Below are positions 35,740-43,453 of a stretch of 43,453 bases of DNA, in pieces. A program made the position numbers and the translations under genes. Within the stretch, counting starts at the first letter, position 1. The number at the start of each line of letters is the position of its first letter. The stretch comes from Octopus sinensis (taxonomy: Eukaryota). The notes below the pieces were generated by a model that had not been told where the DNA came from, made no database searches, and saw nothing but the letters and a program-made list of their open reading frames with translations. The stretch is taken from NCBI RefSeq assembly GCF_006345805.1, contig NW_021835045.1, forward strand, positions 1 through 43,453. Reading direction: 5' to 3'.

Positions 35740-35790
35740 TGCTGTGTTGTTGTTATCATCATCACCATCGTCATCATCATCATCCACATA
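35431..35790. repeat. Compound (ATT)n/(ATC)n microsatellite
   Basis: Directly visible. Confidence 0.95.
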
Positions 35791-36300
35791 GCCTTCTCTT
35801 TCTCATCATCAACGTCATTAACAGCACCTATATTTACCCACGTCGATCTGTTTATTTCGGTTGAATGTATAATATAAAAGGCTGTCTAATTAATTTTGAT
35901 TAATTTATAGTTGTCTGTGCAAGAGAAATACCGGATAAATCATTTAATTCTGCGGTGGTACTCTTCTGTTATTTTTATAGCAATAAAATTCTGTTAATTC
36001 CTTCTTTTACCTTTTGCCTGCAGCAAGTTACACATTTTGCGGCCCTTTCTGTCGATATTCTATTGTTACGAGTTTTTCTCGGAAATATTGACTTTCAATA
36101 TTTTGTACAATCTTGTTATAGTATATGTACGTTTACATATACGTAGATATTGGTACAAGCTATATTTCCCAAACAAAATTATAACTACCATATACAATTT
36201 TATGATATGGCAAACCTATATTTTCAAGTATTGTTACGCTTTTACAATCACTATATAATTAATATAAATCTAGGCTATTTATGTAAACTGAACTAAGAAA

Positions 36301-36345
<45 letters not shown>

Positions 36346-36425
36346 TGTGTGTGTGTATGTATATATATGTATATATATGTATATATATATATCTATGTAT
36401 AAGTATATATGTATATATATATATG

Positions 36426-36456
<31 letters not shown>

Positions 36457-36591
36457 GTATAATATATGCATATATGTATATATATATATACATACATTAT
36501 ATATGTATATATTATATGTATATATTTATATATGTATAATATATACATAAGTATATATATATGTATGTATATATATATATGTATATATATG

Positions 36592-36623
<32 letters not shown>

Positions 36624-36650
36624 GTAAGTTATATATGAATGTATAAGTAT

Positions 36651-36682
<32 letters not shown>

Positions 36683-37409
36683 AATCGATACGTGAAAATG
36701 ATTGGTAAGTCTGATATGAAATATATTTTATTCATTGGGTTGCAACGGCTAGTAACAATAGGGATATGCAATTCTGTGACTTTTGCATTCATAAATATAG
36801 TCTAAAGCTATAATAGTCAGTCTGAAAGAAAACAAAAATATGTACGATATTAGTTGAGTATCTCTCAATATTGAAAAAAAAACTTTGTATAATGTTCTTT
36901 GTTGTGAAAATGAGTTGAATAACAGAGGCATATACCGCAAAGTATGGAAGGCTGAGTTGATCATATAATTATCATAGTGACAAACAAACCGAAAACTTCG
37001 TATTGGAATTTAGAATTAGTATAAAGTAACGATTTTAATTAACAGCTAATAAATAATTTTTCGTGGGTATTTTTTTATTTATATTTCATTTTCTATAGAA
37101 TTTGGACTGTCAATAGACGGTAGGATCGAATATGGTGATGTTATATTTATTTCTAGCAATTTTAGTTATTTTCCTAATAGTAGAATAACGTCTATCTATC
37201 GCTGTATGTTATTTATGAACCAAAACATAGGTTTCATCATGTTTATCGCTTATTTTTTTTTTACGAATTTCCCTTATTGGACACTGGCATTGCTGGGGCA
37301 ACGCCTTGAAGAATTTTGGTCGAACAAATCGACACCAGTGCTTATTCTCTTACTTTCCGTTCTTCTGCTACTAATCTATTGATGTATATATATGTATATA
37401 TAAATATTC

Positions 37410-38988
37410 GGCACTGTCATGCCTTTCGATGTCAGAAGTGAATGTAGAAAAATCTGACGTCAGACGTCAACTTCGTGTATTTACGTCGTCATGTTTAAAC
37501 TTTCGTTTATTTACGCTTTAATTTACGCCGTTTATTTACGTACCACCACGCTAGGTTTAAAAAAGCTTGAAGTTAATTTTTAAAATAAATGTGATACTTA
37601 TTCTGTTTAAACTTTATAAATAAATATATTCTTGCATTATTCATTATTGTTTTTAAAAAAGAAATCACACCAAATCTCCACAAATGAACCCCCATGACCA
37701 TCACCGCGATTACATACACCAATCAGAATGACCACTGACCACCACGTGCGTAATTCAAACTTTGAAATTTATTCAGTTAGAAACTTTCAGTGTGATATCA
37801 ACACGTGCGAAACAATTTTTAATATGGCTTTTGCATATCCAAGTTTAAGAGGAATTAGTCACCGCGATATTGCCATCACCACGGCTACAACAGCAGATAG
37901 CATTAATTGGCTTAAGAGACATGGCCTTTTGAATACCCAGAAAATATGTACATCGTGTGGAGCTAGCATGAGTGAGGTACGAAAAAAAAGTATATCTGAT
38001 GAAGTAATATGGTCGTGTGGAAGGCCTTGTAGAAAATCCGTGTCAATTAGAAAGGAACATTTTAGAAATAGCAAATTGAAGTGTCAACAAATCATAGATA
38101 TTTGTTTTAACTGGGCCAAAGAAGATTTAGCAAAAGGAAGGACAGGAATGTCATTTAGCAAATGTAGCCGTGACAGATTGGAGGAATTTTTGCCGCGATG
38201 TATGTGCAGAATATTATGTTGCACAGAATATTAAGCTGGGAGGACCCAACAGAATCGTAGAGATAGACGAAACCGCGTTTGTTAGGAGAAAATATAATGT
38301 TGGCCATCGGGTTAAAACGCAGTGGGTGTTTGGTGCTTAGAAAGAGATACCAAGATGTATTTTAGTGGCAGTGGAAGATCGGACAGCGGACACTCTTTTA
38401 CAATTATACGAGAGCGTATATTGCCTGTACAACCATAATTTCCGACCTTTGGCGTTCGTATAATACACTCAGTCAGCTAGGATACAGACATTTGACCGTG
38501 AATCATTCAATAAATTTTGTTGATCCGGTAACATTTGCCACAACCAACCACATAGAATGTTTATGGAAACACGTAAAGACTCGAAATAGAAGAGATGTGG
38601 AACAGCCAGAAATTTACTTCAGACCCATCTCATCCAATTCATGTGCGCTATGAATTTAAGGACGATATATTCGGAAGAGTTGATAGAGTCAAATTCGACA
38701 GCTATATCCATGTGTTTGAGATATACAGAGTATAAGTATGAAGACAGAATGAGTATCGCATTTATTTTAAACTTAACTTCAAGTTTATATTTTGATAATC
38801 TCACCGTTGAAATGATATTTGAAAATAATTTGCGTTTATTAATTTGATATATTTACACGCGTTTTTGATTTTGCGTTTTTAATTTGATAAATTATACGGA
38901 AAGAACGAAGATGGACCGAGAAAAAGTGACGTCAAAATGACTTCAGATTTTTCTTTTCACTTCTGACATCGAAAGGCATGACAGTGCC
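37410..38988 (+). mobile_element. Merlin (IS1016/ISXO2-like) DNA transposon, full-ended
   Basis: 33-bp perfect TIR GGCACTGTCATGCCTTTCGATGTCAGAAGTGAA, extending imperfectly to about 50 bp. Perfect 8-bp TSD AAATATTC at 37402-37409 and 38989-38996. Subterminal (T/A)ATTTACG repeats at 37470-37545. Confidence 0.95.
37824..38735 (+). pseudogene. Merlin DDE transposase, frameshifted in this sequence
   Basis: N-terminal CTSC...C...C zinc ribbon, GGPNRIVEIDET, RKYNVG, WVFG, IISDLWRSY, VNHS..FVDP and TTNHIECLW. Confidence 0.92.
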
Positions 38989-39116
38989 AAATATTCATAT
39001 ATATATTATATATATATATATATATATATCATATATGTATGAATTTATATACGTATATATGTATATAAGTATATATGGCATGTATGTATATGGTATATAT
39101 ATGTATGTATATGTAA

Positions 39117-39159
<43 letters not shown>

Positions 39160-39179
39160 AATCCTTGAACTGCATGGCA

Positions 39180-40130
39180 CTGCATCATACCAAATTTCCG
39201 TCTTTGCTGGGGGTGGGGGATATAGCAATACATTCCCCGCCTAGGAACATATCTTTTTCAACACTCAGCTTGAGCAATGCGTAACCGGTCCTTACTTCAA
39301 TTATGCTGAGAGAAAAAAACCTTATTTTGTACAAAATTGCATAATATCTTTATTGTCAATGTCTAGGCATTGACACTACTGTCGCAATCGAGTGCGGCCT
39401 ACGACAAACTAATAGTACTTCTAAAGCAACTTCACGTGGTTATATGCGCATTATATTGCTCACCCGATGTCTTCAATTTCGATGGCAAGCAAGTTTCAGG
39501 AATGTCTTACAAAGATAAAAGATGTACTCACAATGCGTTAATGACCAATGCCTTAATGAACTTTAGATGGGTGACTTCAACGCCAACAAAATTAGATGGC
39601 CTGAATATGTCATAACCGCAGGGCTAACACGAAAAGAATGTAATCAGGGAGAACCTCTTGTAGATTTCACGAAAATGGTGTTCATGGAATAGACCATACT
39701 TTCCTCAACCAGAAATAACAACATTCCGGATCTTTGTTTCACCAACAATATAGACCTTATCCACAACATAAATATTACCACTGTCAACTTTCTCACACCA
39801 TAACATGCTAGAACTGCCAATATATGATCCAAAGCTAATTAAAGAATCATACCACACATCTGGATCGCAAGTGCTACCCAACCTGAACTTCTACAAGGCA
39901 GACTGAAAGTCTATCAACAAAGGGATATTCCAGCAAAACTTGCTTAAGACACTGACATGAAATTCAGGTTTCTGTATGATATCTGTTCTCAGTGTGGGCG
40001 TAAGGCTAGAGATGGAGAGACCTCCTTTGCAAATGCTATGGGAGAGGTGACTTCCCTTGCAAATGATATATACGGACACAAACTGTATCGATAGCCAGCT
40101 GGAAAAGATATTTTCCTTTGGCTAAAACAA
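39180..40130 (+). mobile_element. Degenerate CR1/L2/Jockey-group LINE, apurinic endonuclease region
   Basis: VVICALYCSPD, MGDFNANKIRWPE and TRNNNIPDLCFTNNIDLIHNI, followed by an SDH-like motif. Many stops. Confidence 0.75.
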
Positions 40131-40237
40131 CAGTAACATCGTCCTTTATAGGACTGCCACGTTATGTTGGCATATAAACATTACTATTCGGTACGATTAT
40201 TGTATTCTCTCGCTCAGAGATCTAAAATGATTTTATC

Positions 40238-40307
<70 letters not shown>

Positions 40308-40346
40308 ATATAATATACTATATATATATATATATGATATGTATAG

Positions 40347-40394
<48 letters not shown>

Positions 40395-40448
40395 TATATA
40401 CATAATATATATATATATATGTATATATATATGTGTATATATATTATA

Positions 40449-40509
<61 letters not shown>

Positions 40510-41187
40510 ATATATATACATATATACAGTCTGACACATAGACACACACACCCATACGCATATGAATATAAATATGTGTGTATGTATGTATGTATATAGT
40601 TTCTCTCTAGGAAATTCTCTCAGGAGGTATTGATCGTCCCGAGGATATAGCATAAATCCTTGCCCATGATTTCAATCATATCTGCTCTATCAGGATTAAC
40701 TTGAGGGGAAACAAGAATAGCAACTGACAACATGACATTCTAGTCTATACTTGAACACTGCCTCCTTAAGACACATAACATTCATGATACTGTAACTGTA
40801 TTAGAGAAATAGACACAGAGAATAGAAGAGAAATTATGTATAAGAGAGAGTGAGAGGGTGGGAGAGATGATACCAGTATATGTGTTCAATATGTGTGTTG
40901 TTAATAAAACGATAATGACAATCTAATAATAATTTTTTTAAATATACAGACAGCCATATTGGATAGCTATGTATATCTCGATCCAGGAGGTTATACTAGT
41001 CTTGTAACTTACGAAAGTTCGTAATAACTTCCACCCTTGATTCAGAAAGAAGGTTTATTATATTAGTATACCCAACAAGTTGAAATAACGTGCTGTGTTG
41101 ATAGATATTAACGCCATAAAATCGATTGTATATACGGTATATATATTAGTATACATATATACATAGATTCCTATATTTACATACATA

Positions 41188-41575
41188 GAGGCCAGCTCTC
41201 ACGCTGATGTTAATATCTCTTTGAAAATCAAAGAGAAATAAGATGATGATGGAAAACAGCTTCTATATCTGGATTACAAATTTACATTTATATCAATAAT
41301 AATTGGAGCACTTGGTTTTGTAAGTAAATGCTTAACGAACGGTCTCGATAAACTAAGATTTTCACATAAAGAAATCAACCAACTGATTCGCACATAACAA
41401 ATACAAACTATAAGTGGAACAGTAAAGTCGTGCAAGACTTTTCTCAGGTTTAAAATGTGGCATTGAATTCTTTATATACATTCCAATGATGGAGCTTTGT
41501 ATCTTTGTTAGAAACCAGCTTCCGCTTCAGCGGAAGAATTCAAATGATCAAAAACTGAATAGAAACATATATATC
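41188..41575 (+). mobile_element. 3' end of RLE-type (R4-like) LINE
   Basis: ADVNISLKIKEK, DYKFTFISIIIGALGFV and QTISGTVKSCKTFL are homologous to 25115-25411. Preceded by TACATACATA. Confidence 0.8.
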
Positions 41576-41587
41576 TATTACACATAA

Positions 41588-41834
41588 GTGGAGGCGCTGG
41601 CTTAGTTGTTAGAGTGCCAGCATCATGATCGTACGATTGTGGTTTCGATTCCTGGACCGGGCGAGTCGTTGTGTTCTTGAGCAAAACACTTCATTTCACG
41701 TTGCTCCAGTTCACTCAGCTGGCAAAAATGAGTAACGCTGCGATGGACTGGCGTCCCATCTAGCTGGGGAACACATACGCCATTGAAACCGGGAAACCGG
41801 GCTCATGAGCCTAGCTAGGCTTTAAAAGGACGCA
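41588..41834 (+). mobile_element. Family C SINE, first unit of a tandem pair
   Basis: GGAGGCGCTGGCTTAG, GGTTTCGATTCC (B box) and GCGATGGACTGGCGTCCC. Confidence 0.9.
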
Positions 41835-42046
41835 GTGGAGGCGCGTGGCTTAATGGTTAGGGTGTCAGTATCTTGATCGTAAGATTGTGGTTTCGATTCC
41901 TAGACCGGGTGATGTGTTGTGTTCTTGAGCAATATACTTCATTTCACGTTGCTCCAGTTCACTCAGCTGGGGGACAAATACGCCATTGAAACCGGGAAAC
42001 CGGGAAACCGGGCCCATGAGCCTGGTTAGGCTTTAAAATGGCGCAT
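41835..42046 (+). mobile_element. Family C SINE, second unit, internally deleted
   Basis: Same head. Lacks the segment between two AGCTGG repeats. Confidence 0.9.
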
Positions 42047-42110
42047 ATATTTATTTTTATTACACATAAACAGTCATCACACACACACTCTCTCTTTTTC
42101 TCACTATATA

Positions 42111-42142
<32 letters not shown>

Positions 42143-43019
42143 CACACGTGTGTGTGTAGGTAGGTGGGTGTATTTAATATACGCATTGTCTTAAAACACA
42201 GTCATTATTTCTTATTCAAATAATTCATTGGTGACTTTGCGGGTATCCGATTTAGTTACAATCGTTCATCCAATTCACACGACATTAACATCCTTATTTA
42301 ACGTTGCTGTTTTATTCCTAACAATGAACAGTATTTTACTCGTCACTGTATGATTGTTTTGAATACAAGTAGTATAGCTTGATATTTTCTAGCAAATAAT
42401 TGTTATAACATCAACATCAGTTTTGTGTAATTGATTCAGCTGAAATCACAGAGAGCAAAAGAAAAGGAAAATAGCTGTTCATATTTGCAGACGTTTAAAT
42501 GTTTAGATGAAATTATTTGCAAAAATATAATGAAATATTTGTAAAATTAATGAGTTATATTTATAAAAATACAAAAGTTTAACCTAAGAATAGTCTAATG
42601 AATCTTTTATAATTTGAATTTTTGAAATATAGAAATTCACATTAGACGCAACCTTACGACCCTTTCTTCTGTTGTAAAGGGAACTCTCCACAAGATTACT
42701 CGTCGCAAAGGGCAAGTGAACTAATGACATGGATGCAAGTTCAGTGATTACAGAAAAAAAAAAAAAGAAATATGATGTATAATAAAATGCTAAATCACAT
42801 GATTGTGATTAAATCACCAATTTTACAAAGTAATGGATAATTATAAAGAAGTAAAAATGAATATTTGTTTGATTCAAAATTTAATATGCAATGTCAAAAT
42901 CTCAGATAACAAAGCAGTAGAATTATCACGGGAGAATACTGATAAAGAAAAAATAAGAATCGTATGAAATCTCTGGCGGTTTTGAAACCAAATTCTTTGC
43001 GCGTATCTAAATTGCCTTA

Positions 43020-43180
43020 TGTTGGGAGCGTTAAGTGCAGGCTTTGTTGCTTCTTAATCACATGGTTTCGCATTCAGTCTATTGTGTGGAAATTTGTGTA
43101 TGTGCCTTCTATTATAGCCTCGAGCCGACTAAAGCCTTGTGCAGGATTTGGTAGACAGACACTGAAAGAAAACAATTCTA
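43020..43180 (+). mobile_element. Diverged family B SINE 5' half, followed by (CA)n, (TA)n and (GA)n arrays
   Basis: TAGCCTCGAGCCGACTAAAGCCTTGTG...TTTGGTAGACAGACACTGAAAGAA. Confidence 0.75.
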
Positions 43181-43221
43181 TACATACATACATACATAAA
43201 TACATACACATACACACACAC

Positions 43222-43299
<78 letters not shown>

Positions 43300-43397
43300 A
43301 CATGAGAAGAGAAAGAGTGAGAGAGAGAAAAGCAACCAGATGAGACGTAGCGAAAGACAGAAATAGACAGATAGATAGATAAGAGGGAGAGAGAGAG

Positions 43398-43448
<51 letters not shown>

Positions 43449-43453
43449 GAGAG

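Noticed and set aside
384-43335. Dozens of 60-160 aa ORFs rich in YI, HT, VC, LSIY, poly-I, poly-L or poly-F
   Set aside because: They are translations of (TA)n, (CA)n, (CTAT)n, (ATT)n and (CTT)n microsatellites.
1-43453. CRISPR arrays, rRNA, Fanzor/TnpB or other prokaryote-type systems
   Set aside because: No regularly spaced repeat-spacer array, no rRNA-like sequence and no RuvC-like ORF. The context is clearly eukaryotic repeat DNA.

Overview
AT-rich, microsatellite-dense eukaryotic DNA, intronic or intergenic. The SINE families look like octopus (cephalopod) repeats; that assignment is inference from recognition, not a search. No host protein-coding gene can be supported, and nearly all ORFs in the track are microsatellite read-throughs or transposon debris. 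Mobile elements found: a complete-ended Merlin DNA transposon (33-bp perfect TIRs, 8-bp TSD, frameshifted DDE transposase), two decayed mariners, a Penelope-like RT remnant with an inverted piece, R4/Dong-type RT and restriction-like endonuclease remnants, RTE and CR1/L2-type LINE fragments, a non-autonomous Helitron, several foldback elements and many tRNA-derived SINEs. The main unexplained structure is six minimal type-I hammerhead ribozyme motifs of the Penelope pLTR kind, in short elements in or next to (TA)n tracts. Several share the same non-canonical core substitutions (U4C, A6U). Together with LINE 3' ends in (TACA)n and elements in (TAA)n, this suggests a set of microsatellite-targeted retroelements. 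Weak candidates for + strand exons lie at 29959-29974 and 32238-32312.
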